From contig CBFFRQ010000019.1 in NCBI GenBank assembly GCA_965644315.1, forward strand, positions 310,001 through 374,000: a stretch of DNA of 64,000 bases, given 5' to 3'. Numbering within the stretch: position 1 is the first letter of the stretch; the number at the start of each line of letters is the position of its first letter. Positions 1 to 10,592 of this stretch are shown here, one piece after another. This DNA is from Caecitellus pseudoparvulus (taxonomy: Eukaryota; Protista; Bigyra: Bicosoecida). Position numbers and translations under genes: made by a program. The notes below the pieces were generated by a model. The model had not been told where the DNA came from. It was given only the letters and a program-made list of their open reading frames with translations, and did no database searches.

Positions 1-1447
1 TGAAGGGCGGCAGCTCCACCGAGGCCACCACCGCCGAGGCTGCTGCCACCCAGGCCAAGGGAGCTGCCGCCCAGCCCCATGCTGCTGCTCACTCCGCCCA
101 GCACGGACAGACCACCACCGAGTCCACCACTGCCAGTTGCAGCGCCAGTCGACGTGGGAAGTGTCGGAGCCGACGCGAGGGACACAATCTCGGCGTTATG
201 CAGGTCCTGAGCAAACCACTGCCAGAACTCCAGACAGACACGGAAGAGCTCAGCGTCTTCATGCACGCTGGTCATGGACACCAGGTGGCCCATGCCCATG
301 GCGAGTGCATCGCGGGTCGCAGGATTCTCCACCAGAGCAAGGTGGTGCCGGAAGAAGGAGGTCAGGAAGAGCCCGTAAAAGTACACGAACTGCTCAGCGG
401 CCTCGTCCCCCATCTGCAGGGCCTGCGTGTAAGTGTGCCCCAAATCCGTCCCTGGCGGGACGATCTTCAGCATGGCAGAGATTACCTGCCCAAACAGTTG
501 CAAGAAGACTTCGTTGTACTTGGGGTCGCTCAGAGCCGCCACTTCAGTCAGGCAACGCAGGGTGGGTACCCGGAAGTCTGCGGACGGCAGGTACTTCGTA
601 CACAAGCTCGTCAGCATCTGGGTCTCCATGATGTACACAACAGGAATCCAGGTCATGTAGTTCTGCAGGGTGTCCAGCGTCTGCACCAACAAGGAGGGTC
701 GCTGTGTCTTGCCCAGCACGGCATCGCACAGCTTGAAGATTTGGATGAACTGCTCGTTGAGGGCCCCCTTCAGCTCCTTCACCCGGTGTGCCAGCATGCT
801 GTCCTCTGAAAAGTCAAAAACGTCTTCGGACAGCATGGTCAAAATGCGCATGTTGTTCTCACAGAGCGTCTCAGAGCTATCGGAGGATTCCAAAATCTCG
901 GGGATGAAGTTGGGCCACTTCTGGGGCCAATCGCGCTTCACGATCTCCACAAGCACCCCGTTCAGCTTGCCGAGCAAGGTGCGCATGCTACGGTCAGCGA
1001 AGGACGCCTCATTGCCAGCTATGCCGACAATCTGCCTGACAATGTACGTTCGGAGAGCGTGCTGCTGCGGCTCTGGGATGGTCCCCCACCTAAACTTCAC
1101 AGTGCTCTCCAGGAGCTGCAGGCCGAAAAACCGTGTGGTAAGCTGAGACCCATTCTCATAGACTCTGTCAGCCCGCATCCAAGCATTGGGATGGTCCTGA
1201 AAGGCCATGATGACGTTCTTTGCGGCCTCGCGCTGCGAGCGGGGGGGGGGGGGGAGAGATTCACGAAGTGCACAAGCGCCAGGCGCGTGTTTCGCTGCCC
1301 TTGCTCAGCAGCACGCACAACGTCCTTAGCGGCAGTGGGATCTGACCCCAGCACGATAAGCTGCTCTAGTGCGGTCATGTCAAATTCTGCCTTGGAGAAG
1401 TCCAGCAGCTGCGCCCCGGCGGCTTGGATGGAGGCTACTGAGGCCAT
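1..1447 (-). CDS. XPO1: Exportin-1 (CRM1), 5' part; runs off the window start; one intron at ~1233-1318
   Basis: Manual minus-strand translation gives LLDFSKAEFD..FQDHPNAWMRADRVYE..TRFFGLQLLESTVKFRW..LLGKLNGVLVEIVKRDWPQKWPNFIPEI..SETLCENNMRILTMLSEDVFDFS..WIPVVYI..ELFRVCLEFW, matching the CRM1 IBN_N/Xpo1 region. This frame is absent from the ORF track because it has no stop inside the window. Confidence 0.93.
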
Positions 1448-2034
1448 GCTTGCACGGAATGTGAAACGCAACGGCAGAGTGTAAACAAGGCCACCAAGCC
1501 GCAAAGGCAGAGCCTGACAAGGAAATAAAGAAGCAAGCACAAGAAACGGATCCAAGCAACCAAAGGGGGCGCTTGAAAGGCCGAGAGCCTCGTTCTAGCT
1601 TGGAATCCGAGAAACCGCGTTGTGTTCACGCTGGCAGGCGAAACGCCACAGCACTGTGTGCGCAGGGCAGCTGAGGAGGAAAATGACAAGCGCACTGCGC
1701 AGGCTCTGACTAAAGTGCACCTGTAGCACATGTTCGTACACTGGCAGTTGGGGTTGTGCCGAGAATGTACGCTTGGGCCGAGAGGCGCCCTGGACGCCCA
1801 GCAAGCTTGCGCGCGCCGGTGTGCGAGTGGTCTTGAGCTGTCCTCGGCCGGGCAGGGCGCATGCTGCCACAGACGTTGCGCCACATTTGAGTCGTTGAAG
1901 TGCCAGCCAAGCACATGAAAAAAGGACGAGACAACTCAACAGCTCGAGGATCTTCGCTCCTACGCCAAAGCGCATTGCAGCCTGTGCTGTGGGCGTCCCA
2001 CCATCCGTCTCGCACGGCGATTGACGCTACGAAC

Positions 2035-3129
2035 ATGGCGCACTCGCAGCAGCCCCGCTATCGCTCAGTCTTCTCCGCACAAGGATGTGGCACGTACTCA
2101 GTGGCACTGGCATGCGCGGTGCTTGGATGCTTCGTCCTCAGCCAATGGGCTGGGCTGTCCCATGCCTCGTGGCTTTCAAAGCCTGCGTTGCCTGCGCAGG
2201 ACAACAGCGGCACCTGGAGCAGTCGTTCTCGGAGCCCGAATCAGCGCGATCCTACACTTGGTTCACTAAGGGCTACTGTTCCACCTTTCTCTGTCGCCCA
2301 TGAAAAGCAGGGCCACACAGACCCCAACTGCGACTGGCTCACAGTGCCGCCAGGTCAACAGATGACTGATGCGGAATTTGATGCTTTCTACTCCCCTGGC
2401 ATGGCAAGGGCCCAGTCAGGGGAAGACAAGTTGTTACTGGGGAGCATGCCAGGGCTTGTTGCTCGCACTGGTGCGGTGATTTTGGAGAGTGGTGCCTTGG
2501 ACGGCAAGCTCTACAGCACATCTTGGGCTTTCGAGAAGGCTCTCCATTGGACAGCCATTCACATCGAGGCAAATCCTCTGGTGTTTCAAAAACTGATGGA
2601 GAATCGCCCTCCTAGCGACAAGGTCACCAACATCCGTGCCGTCCTGTGTGATCGAGACCGGGAAGTGCACTTCGTGGACTGGGGCCGGGGGGTCGCGGCT
2701 GCCGGGGTGTGGGAGTTCATGACCGTCCCCTTCAGAAAGAGATTCTATCCTGATATTCCTCCCTTCTCGAGTGTACCGAGACCAACCAATCGAACTCGGG
2801 TCACTACAACACCCTGCAGGCCCCTTGGGGGCCTGCTCCCTCCAAGCCTCACCAACATCCACGTGTGGATTCTGGATTTGGAGGGTGGGGAGTTGGCAGT
2901 GCTTCGATCAACGGACTTCGACCAACTAAAGTTTGGAGTGATCGTGAAGGAGCTCTCAAGTGCCATGGCTATCGAAGCGAAAACCCGCATCTTGCTTGAG
3001 TCTCACGGGTACATCTGGGTCGGGAACTACGCTCGATCAGCCTGGTTTGTGAACGGATGCTTGAGGGCACAGGCAGCCCAGCTGAAGCAGAGACTGCAGT
3101 TGAAGCTGGCGCGCCAACACACACCTTGA
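2035..3129 (+). CDS. FkbM-family (Methyltransf_21) SAM-dependent methyltransferase with N-terminal membrane anchor
   Basis: Motifs ILESGALDG..WTAIHIEANP and WILDLEGGELAVL; hydrophobic stretch VALACAVLGCFVLSQW; start codon uncertain. Confidence 0.8.
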   Translation: MAHSQQPRYRSVFSAQGCGTYSVALACAVLGCFVLSQWAGLSHASWLSKPALPAQDNSGTWSSRSRSPNQRDPTLGSLRATVPPFSVAHEKQGHTDPNCDWLTVPPGQQMTDAEFDAFYSPGMARAQSGEDKLLLGSMPGLVARTGAVILESGALDGKLYSTSWAFEKALHWTAIHIEANPLVFQKLMENRPPSDKVTNIRAVLCDRDREVHFVDWGRGVAAAGVWEFMTVPFRKRFYPDIPPFSSVPRPTNRTRVTTTPCRPLGGLLPPSLTNIHVWILDLEGGELAVLRSTDFDQLKFGVIVKELSSAMAIEAKTRILLESHGYIWVGNYARSAWFVNGCLRAQAAQLKQRLQLKLARQHTP

Positions 3130-3511
3130 CCAGACCCTGATCTTCAATGCTCAAAGCTCTGAGAAACCTCGGCAGTGGCACTGTGCTCAAGGCAGATGCT
3201 TGCGACTGCAACCTTGTCTCCGTCGGTTTCACGCCACAGTGCGGTTGAGGGCAGCAGCACAAGAGGGCAGCCCAAACAAAACGATGCCCCCACCTCCCCA
3301 CTGAGGATAGAGAGCCGTTAACAGCGACCCTCTTGGCCGTCTCTGCTCCCCCCCCATTGCTCTGCTTCGGGCGCATGTGCGGCGGATGCAACCGAAGTGC
3401 ATGAGGCACCTGCTCCGCGCTGAGGTTGGAATGTCAGAATAAAAAGAAAAGTCGCAGCGCAAAGGGTTACGGCAGATCTGATACCGTGCAGGCTGGGGGT
3501 GGCAGCAAAGT

Positions 3512-6478
3512 GTGATTGAAACAACCCACGCCTGCTTCGACAGTGGTTTGGTGTGTGCCGCAAGCCTTGCCGCGAAACCACCTCAAGCCCAGACCTGCCT
3601 GCCTGGGCCTGAAGCCATGCACTGGCGCACAAGTTGTGCCGCCTACCCATGGCCCAAGCTTGCACAAACACTCCTCTGGCCATGCATCGTCTCCATCGTC
3701 GTCATCGGCGCGGCTGCAGCGTCCCGTGCAGGGCAGCAGGCGCGCAGTGAAACGCTGAGCAAGCTGACGGCACACCCAGTGGCGTACGTGACGTCTGACC
3801 TGACGGTGATGGCAGGTACGGGGATGTTTCTGTTGGGGCTCGGTTTTCTGGGTTTGGTGCCGGGTTGGGGTCAAATGGCGGGGGGCTCAAGGCGTGGGGG
3901 TGGCGATGGTGAGGCAGATGGTGCTCCGTCGAAAACCGACTCGCGTCTGGCAGTGTCACGGTCCCTGATCGCACGGTACTGGATGGTGGCAGGGGCTGCC
4001 TGCGTGAGTGCCGCGATCACGTTGGTGAATGAGGACCTGCAGCCGGTGACGACGGCGTCGGGCATTGTGTCCCGGGTGGTGGTTGGAAAGTCAGCGGCAA
4101 GCTTCATGCTGTTGACTGGGCCAATCATCATTTCACGGTTGGACCGGGAGGCGACGCGTGCGGAGCGAGGGGGTGTGGTGGGTGTGTTGCGGGGGTGGGG
4201 GCGAGTCCGGGAGGGCGTGCTGCACTGGGGCGTGTGGGTGTTCTTGTACGCAGTGTTTACAGTGATCCAAACCGGCGTCGTCGCGTGTGAGGATCGGGTG
4301 CTCGATCCTGCAAACATATTGTGTGTCATCGGGCATGAGCAACACAGGGACACCTTGCACACGATAGAGCTGTTTGTGCTGCTGGCTTGGCTGGTTCCGC
4401 GGGGTTGGACGCTGCAGAGCGATCTTATGCGTTCCTCCACCAGATCCATCGTCCCCATGGCGGCGTTGTCGATCATTTGCTCCCGCATCTTGGCCATTGT
4501 CTCTGGGGCAGATCCCTACGTCTTCACTGTCATGGCAAACTTACTTGGGGGTGTTGTTCTCGGAATTGCATTTCCGACGTCCGTGTACATCAACCTCCTG
4601 CTGGCCTCAGCCAACCGTGCCGCGTCCCTGCACTCCTTTCTGCGGTACATGTCCCATGAGGTACGAGTGCCGACAAGCGCCGCCATGCTGTCCCTGGAGG
4701 AGCTGGCGGGGCTGCTGGCAGAGGAGCGGGGGCGGAAGCAGGGCCAGGGTGGAGGTGGTAGTGGTGGTGGCGGAGAGGGGAGCGGGCGGTGGGCAGCTGG
4801 CGCGCTGCAGCCTGTGAAGCTGAAGCCGTTGGGCCCGAGCACATCCCCGCGGCTGGTCAGTGGCAGTGCACGGGATGTGGAGGGCGAGCAGAGTGCTACA
4901 CACAGCGTGGTGGTGCCGGTGCTGGGCAGCAGCGGTGGGGGCCACACGGAGGTGATCTCGGATGTGCGGACGGCACTGATGCACATCAAGGCGCTGATGG
5001 ACCGGACGTTGGACATGGCGCGTTTGGAGGCGGGGGCACAGCGACTGTACGGTGGGACGTTCGGCCTGGGTCCGTGGTGGAGTGGCATGGGTCGGCTGGC
5101 GCAGCCGTCGTTCCATGCGGCCGGCGTGTCATTGTCGTTCGGGGGTATGGTGGGTAGCGTGGGTAAGGGCGTGGCGTACGGGGACAGCATGCGCATCCAG
5201 CAGGCGGTGATGAACCTGATGGACAACGCGGCGAAGTACACGCCTCGGGGTGGGAGTGTGCATGTGCGTGTGCGTGTGGAGGAGGAGGCGGAGGTGGGCG
5301 TGGGGGGTGTTGTGGCGGGGGGCAGTGGTGAGTCAGGTGGGGAGGCTGTGCGGGGGTGTGGTGGAGTGTGTGGTGTTGGAAGTGTGGGTGGGGGTGGCAG
5401 CACAGGTGAGGGGCTGGGTTTGAGGAGTCCGGGTGTGGAGGAGGGTGTGAGCGGCGGCGGGGGCGGTGCTTGGGTGGCCCACCAGTTGCGTGTGGAGGTG
5501 GAGGACGATGGTCGTGGGATGACACCCGAGGAGCAGGCGGGCATCTTTGTGCCGTTTTCCCGGCTGCACACGGGGGAGGAGGGGACGGGTTTGGGCTTGA
5601 ACATCTCCAGGCGTGCGATGGTGCTGCACGGTGGGGGCTTGTCGGTGTCCAGTGAGGGTCTGGGGCATGGCACGACCTTCACATTGACGGCACGTGTGTG
5701 GTTGTGGCGGGGTGCAGCAGGTGGCATGGAGGCGGCGCCTGGTGTGGCGGGGTCGGTGGGTGGTGTATTGTCCAGTGGCACAGCGTCGGCAGGGCGTGAT
5801 GTGGCGGGGGAGGGCGAGTGTGAGAGCGATGGGGGCACAGGCGTGGTGCTGTCTGGGTGTGCCAGCGCCCCTGTGGGTGTGGGTGGGGGGGGTGCTGTGG
5901 GGAGCAGCAGCATGCATTTGTTGGTGGTGGACGATGATGCGACGACACGGCGTGCATTGACCCGTCTGCTGCGTCGCCGGCTGCGTCCAGCGTCTGTGGT
6001 GGCTGTGAGGGATGGGCGTGCAGCGGTGGAGTACGTGTTGGCTCGTCTTGGTGGTGGTGGCGGCAGTGGTGGCGGGGCACGCGTGGCACCAGAGCCAGGG
6101 AGGCTGTACGAGGTGGATGACAGTGGGAGCAGTCGGCAGTTGGTGCCAGCGGGCGGGCGGGATGTGTCAGAGTCAAGCGAGGGCAGCGGCGGTCGTGTTC
6201 AGTGTGGGGGCACGTTGCCCACCCACATCACGCTGGACAATGCGATGCCCCGCATGACTGGTGTGGAGGCTGCCCGGGCAATGCGTGGCGCGGGGTATGG
6301 GGGGCGTGTGGTGGGTTTGACGGGGAATGCGGTGCAGTCGGATCGCGACGAGTTTATGCGTGCTGGGGCGGATGTGGTGCTGACGAAGCCGGTGGATGGG
6401 CGTGGGTTGAGCGAGGCGTTGTTGGGGGGGGGTGAGGAGGTTGGTCAGTGGCTGCAGCGGCAAGGGACCATCGCGTGA
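3512..6478 (+). CDS. Hybrid sensor histidine kinase/response regulator (multi-TM + HisKA + HATPase + REC)
   Basis: H-box YMSHEVRVP, N-box NLMDNAAKYT, G1 VEDDGRGM, F-box IFVPFSRL, G2 GTGLGL; receiver LLVVDDD..LDNAMPRMTG..GLTGNA..LTKP; about 8 hydrophobic segments at the N-terminus; true start probably downstream of 3512. Confidence 0.92.
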   Translation: MIETTHACFDSGLVCAASLAAKPPQAQTCLPGPEAMHWRTSCAAYPWPKLAQTLLWPCIVSIVVIGAAAASRAGQQARSETLSKLTAHPVAYVTSDLTVMAGTGMFLLGLGFLGLVPGWGQMAGGSRRGGGDGEADGAPSKTDSRLAVSRSLIARYWMVAGAACVSAAITLVNEDLQPVTTASGIVSRVVVGKSAASFMLLTGPIIISRLDREATRAERGGVVGVLRGWGRVREGVLHWGVWVFLYAVFTVIQTGVVACEDRVLDPANILCVIGHEQHRDTLHTIELFVLLAWLVPRGWTLQSDLMRSSTRSIVPMAALSIICSRILAIVSGADPYVFTVMANLLGGVVLGIAFPTSVYINLLLASANRAASLHSFLRYMSHEVRVPTSAAMLSLEELAGLLAEERGRKQGQGGGGSGGGGEGSGRWAAGALQPVKLKPLGPSTSPRLVSGSARDVEGEQSATHSVVVPVLGSSGGGHTEVISDVRTALMHIKALMDRTLDMARLEAGAQRLYGGTFGLGPWWSGMGRLAQPSFHAAGVSLSFGGMVGSVGKGVAYGDSMRIQQAVMNLMDNAAKYTPRGGSVHVRVRVEEEAEVGVGGVVAGGSGESGGEAVRGCGGVCGVGSVGGGGSTGEGLGLRSPGVEEGVSGGGGGAWVAHQLRVEVEDDGRGMTPEEQAGIFVPFSRLHTGEEGTGLGLNISRRAMVLHGGGLSVSSEGLGHGTTFTLTARVWLWRGAAGGMEAAPGVAGSVGGVLSSGTASAGRDVAGEGECESDGGTGVVLSGCASAPVGVGGGGAVGSSSMHLLVVDDDATTRRALTRLLRRRLRPASVVAVRDGRAAVEYVLARLGGGGGSGGGARVAPEPGRLYEVDDSGSSRQLVPAGGRDVSESSEGSGGRVQCGGTLPTHITLDNAMPRMTGVEAARAMRGAGYGGRVVGLTGNAVQSDRDEFMRAGADVVLTKPVDGRGLSEALLGGGEEVGQWLQRQGTIA

Positions 6479-6657
6479 ACGGAAAAATACATCTACTTTT
6501 CATTTCTCACCTTTTAGTTTCGCATGTGAGTCTTGGCGGCGCATCCGGATTCGCTCGCCTCTCACCTTCTCGACGGTGGGTAAACCCGGCCCAGTTGTGG
6601 TGTGTGTGAAGTCGATTTCCGCGAGGAGCTCGGTCGGCTCAAGTCGAGCACTTCCAC

Positions 6658-8728
6658 ATGGCGGGTACTCACAAGGGTTTTTCGTACTGGATTGCAGTGT
6701 GCTTCACGATCAATCTGATCATCGGTGAGTACTCTGCAGGCTGAGCTTGCCCTCAAGTCACGCTGCCTGGTGCAACGGTAGTGCCTCACGAAAGCACGAA
6801 CTTCTGGCTGAGCAGGTGGAGGAGTGCTGACGATTCCTCACGCAATTGTGAGCTCTGGAATGCTGCTGGGGCCTATTTTGCTCACTGCTATGATATATCT
6901 GTGCAATGTGGCCAAGGATTGGCTGCTCGAGTCGCTGGCTCGTGCAGAAGTTCTGCTCGGCAATCCCCCGAAGGCTCCTGGCCCGTTGCAGTTGCGCAGG
7001 CGAGTTCTGGAGGTCACAGAGCTCGCGAAAGTCGTGTGCGGTGATACGTTTCGCAACGCGTACATGACAGTGGTTGGATTGTGGACACTTGGGACTTTGT
7101 GGAGCTTCGCTGCTGTTTTCTCTGCTTCCTTGGCTGCCCACATCCCCGTCGTCTTCTTGGCGGCACCTCACAACAAGCCTTGCAACATCAACGAGCTGGG
7201 GGACGAGTGTAAGCCGCAGTACCTAGTCTTCCTGGCGGTGTTTGCCATAATCGTCGTGCCTTTGACCCTCATGGACATGCGAGAGCAGGTTGCTGTGCAG
7301 GTGATCATGGCTGCTGGCCGTGTGGTCCTGCTGGTGGCCATGGGTGCCACAGTGGTGGCCGCCTGGGCTTGCGATGGCGTCGCCTTCGCCATCACTGCGC
7401 AGGAGGATGGAGGCCCACCGCCGCTTTTCGGCACGGTCGCCAACTTCGGCGGGCTTGGGGTGCTCATTCCCATTTCTGTGACAGCCGCTGCGTTTCACCA
7501 GGCTATTCCCAGCGTCACCCGAGCGACTGCCAAGAAGCGCCAGATGGGCTCCATTCTCACATCTGCCTTTATCGTAGTGGGGACGTGCTACGTTGTCTTT
7601 GGTGTGCTGCTAGCTCTGTACTTCGGTCATGATGTTGAGGCGCAGGCAACGCTCATGTGGCAGGGATACAAGGGGTGTGCAGCCAGCGCCGATGACGAGC
7701 CGAGTGATTTCGCCAAGGCCATCACGTTGTTTGTGCTGTTGTTCCCGGCCATGGATGTCGCCTCAGCGTTCCCCTTGTCGGGGATCGCTCTGGCGAACAA
7801 CCTGCTGGGCCTGTTTTTCCCCACGGAGGAGTACGAGGATGAGGAAGTTGACGAAGCTGAAGACGATGGTGGCGATGAGGGAACCACAGGAAACGCAACC
7901 CTGTCATCAGCTGGTGCGGCAGCCCCACCACGCCCTTGCACGCCGGACGCGCCGCTTGTGGCTTCGACAGAGGCCCCTGACTACGGAGCTACATCCGGAG
8001 GCAGCACTGACGGCACTGCCGAGTCCGCGTCAAGCACTAGCGCTTCCCTGCTGGAAAGTGATGCTGCTCCAGCAGGCGAGGGAGGCACTGATGCGCTTGA
8101 CGTTGCAGTTCCCCCTGCTCCTGCTCCTGAGCCTGCGAACTCCCAGGCACCACACTGGGCACACTGGGCTGCCAAGTTAGCAGCAGCTTTGCCACCACTG
8201 GTGGGCGCTGCCATCGTGACACAGCTTGACCGTATCGTGGAGGTAACAGGGACGTTGGCTGTCTTCATGGTGTACACCGCTCCTGCTATCATGGCTTATG
8301 CATCGCACGGGGCCATTCTCCGGCAGGGGCAGCACGGTGAAGGTGTCTTTTGGTGGGCTGTCACGCCACCCCGTACCGGCGTGTGTTGTTCGGGGCGACG
8401 TACAAGAGGCAAATCATACACACAGCTGACATCTCCCAAGCCTGGAGATCAGTCTGTGAACGGGAAGGCACCCGAAGCACCCTCCGCGCCGAGCAAGTGC
8501 ACCCTGGCGCACCGTATGTTTGTGCTCGCTGCGTGTGGCAGCCGTGGCTTCGAGAACCACCCAGCTCAACAAGAAGCGAGTGCAGAGACATTGTATTCAC
8601 CCATGTGCGCTGGGGCAACGTGGAAGGCTATTTGGGCGTATGTGCCCGGAGTTGTGGCAGTCGGATCAGTGGGTCTGTGGGCCATTGTGCTGGGCCTGGT
8701 AGTGGGGTCGTGGTCTGGGGGCGCATAA
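6658..8728 (+). CDS. Amino-acid transporter family protein (Aa_trans, TMEM104-like); intron ~6725-6814
   Basis: Spliced N-terminus MAGTHKGFSYWIAVCFTINLIIGGGVLTIP; WLLESLAR; many TM segments; FHQAIP; SAFPLSGIALANNL. Confidence 0.8.
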
Positions 8729-8806
8729 GCACGCTGACATTGTCCATGGGGCCTTGAAGAGCAAGAGGGGTTCTTGCAGCCATTGGAACTGGCTCCCCAA
8801 GGACAC

Positions 8807-10216
8807 TCACGCTCCGCTGGAGCACGGCATGCGCACGTCATGCTCCAAGCACCAAGCTGCACATCGGCCTTGGCGGCTGGAGCGAGGACAGCAGCCGCAA
8901 ACAGAAGCATCGACTGGATCCTTGGCTGGTTCACCTTGTGGGATGGAAGCCAGTGGTGTCTTGAGCTCACTGAGGGGGTGCTGCTGCTGTGGCGTGGCTG
9001 GGGCGATGCTGACGGCAACCACCGCGACTGCCGCCAAGCAAATGCCTGCAATTTGAGGTGCCATGACAGGCATGTGCAAGAATGCATACCCGATGATGGC
9101 AGGGATGATGCCATACATGCTGACAAAAGGGACGTACTCGTTGATGCTGGCGATCTGCCCCAACACAACGAACCCGAGCCAAGACGTCACACCCACGAAG
9201 TTCATCCCCAACATGATCCAGGAGTACTCAGACATTTCAAGTGGGAGATCACGCCCTGCTTCGCCGAATACAAGCAGCAAGGCACACACTAGCGCTGCTA
9301 CAAGCTGCCCGGCACCAAAGGACAAGGCAACGTACGCTCGGCGGAGGCGCCGACCGCCCTCGACTGAAAGCACGTCCAGCAGCCCAAACCCAAATATCAA
9401 CGCGAGGCCGAGCAGGATTGGGACGATTGTGCCATTTAGGAGGCTCTGCTTGCCAGAGCTTGAGCTCTCGCCGTTTTGAGCACAGCCAAGCAGGACGACA
9501 GAGAGTGCCGAGAGGGCGATGCCCGCAAGGCGCAACGGTGTCCGTGCTTGCCCCTCCACAACAAGGCCGTACGTCATGGTGACGGCAGAATGCAGACCAA
9601 CAAGCGGACCGAACAAGCCGACGTTTCCCATTTGGTTGGCGTAAATGAACGTCCAGTTCATGACGACCTGCCCAATGCCCGTAAGTGCAGGCCACACGAT
9701 GACAGGCACTGTGATGCAGCCAAGAAGAGGAGCCGGGGGCTGGCTCTCCTGGGCTGGAGCATCGAGGGCTGGCACCGCAGCAAAGATACTAGCAATGACC
9801 CATGCCCCTGCGACCCGGCCTAGCGCCAGGAGGAGGGTGCCCTCAGTCACCGACAAGCCCGCGTGGGAGGTGGCGATGCCGTTCACATACAGGCCGATGC
9901 CGAGTAGCATGGTGACGTACACGATCAGGAGGGGCTTGCCATACTGGGCCAGGGCAGACTTTGCCATGGGGGGTGACAGTGGCGGGGATCCCGTGATGGG
10001 GTCCAGTGGAGGGGGCAGGATGGGGAACTGGGTCGGCAAAACAGCCGGGCTGGCATCCACTGAGTGCCATCGGGCCCTGGCGAAATCCGGGGAGCTGCTG
10101 TCACTGAACACCGATGCGGACACACTGCGCACTGGTGCCTGCAGTGCGGCAGCCCCGGGGCCCACTTGCAGCCCAAAGGAAGTCAGGCTGCCAGCGTCGG
10201 GGGATTTGGCTTGCAT
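8807..10216 (-). CDS. Drug/metabolite transporter (EamA-like) membrane protein
   Basis: About 10 hydrophobic helices in two similar halves, each ending in a motif like LAGIALSALSVVLL / IAGICLAAVAVVAV. Confidence 0.65.
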   Translation of the reverse strand: MQAKSPDAGSLTSFGLQVGPGAAALQAPVRSVSASVFSDSSSPDFARARWHSVDASPAVLPTQFPILPPPLDPITGSPPLSPPMAKSALAQYGKPLLIVYVTMLLGIGLYVNGIATSHAGLSVTEGTLLLALGRVAGAWVIASIFAAVPALDAPAQESQPPAPLLGCITVPVIVWPALTGIGQVVMNWTFIYANQMGNVGLFGPLVGLHSAVTMTYGLVVEGQARTPLRLAGIALSALSVVLLGCAQNGESSSSGKQSLLNGTIVPILLGLALIFGFGLLDVLSVEGGRRLRRAYVALSFGAGQLVAALVCALLLVFGEAGRDLPLEMSEYSWIMLGMNFVGVTSWLGFVVLGQIASINEYVPFVSMYGIIPAIIGYAFLHMPVMAPQIAGICLAAVAVVAVSIAPATPQQQHPLSELKTPLASIPQGEPAKDPVDASVCGCCPRSSRQGRCAAWCLEHDVRMPCSSGA

Positions 10217-10592
10217 GGTGCAGCGGCGAAGCCAGGCAGGCTGGCGGCACCGAAGCTGCGCGGCGGCGGCCAATGCCTGACGGGCAGAACACAAGTGTTG
10301 TAGAGGTAATTAACCTGTTTGGAAGCTGCCAGAAATGAGGGCACTCAAAGCTCTCGCTCGAGCGCGCAAAAAGCCACGGTCCACTTGGGCCGGCTCCTGG
10401 CGCCTGGTGCAGTGCACTTGCCAAGGCTAGCACAAGCCGGGCCAGATGCAGGGGTGTGTTCTGCGCACATCGCACACAACTCCGACTATGTACACTGCAC
10501 CTGGTGGTGTTAATGTCTTGTTTTGTGTCGCAGAACCGCATCAGTCGACAGCTGCTGCCTGCCAGCGCCAGACGCCGACAGCATCGTACACC

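Noticed and set aside
3620-4620. Histidine-kinase rhodopsin
   Set aside because: No retinal-binding DxxxK motif or other opsin signature in the TM region.
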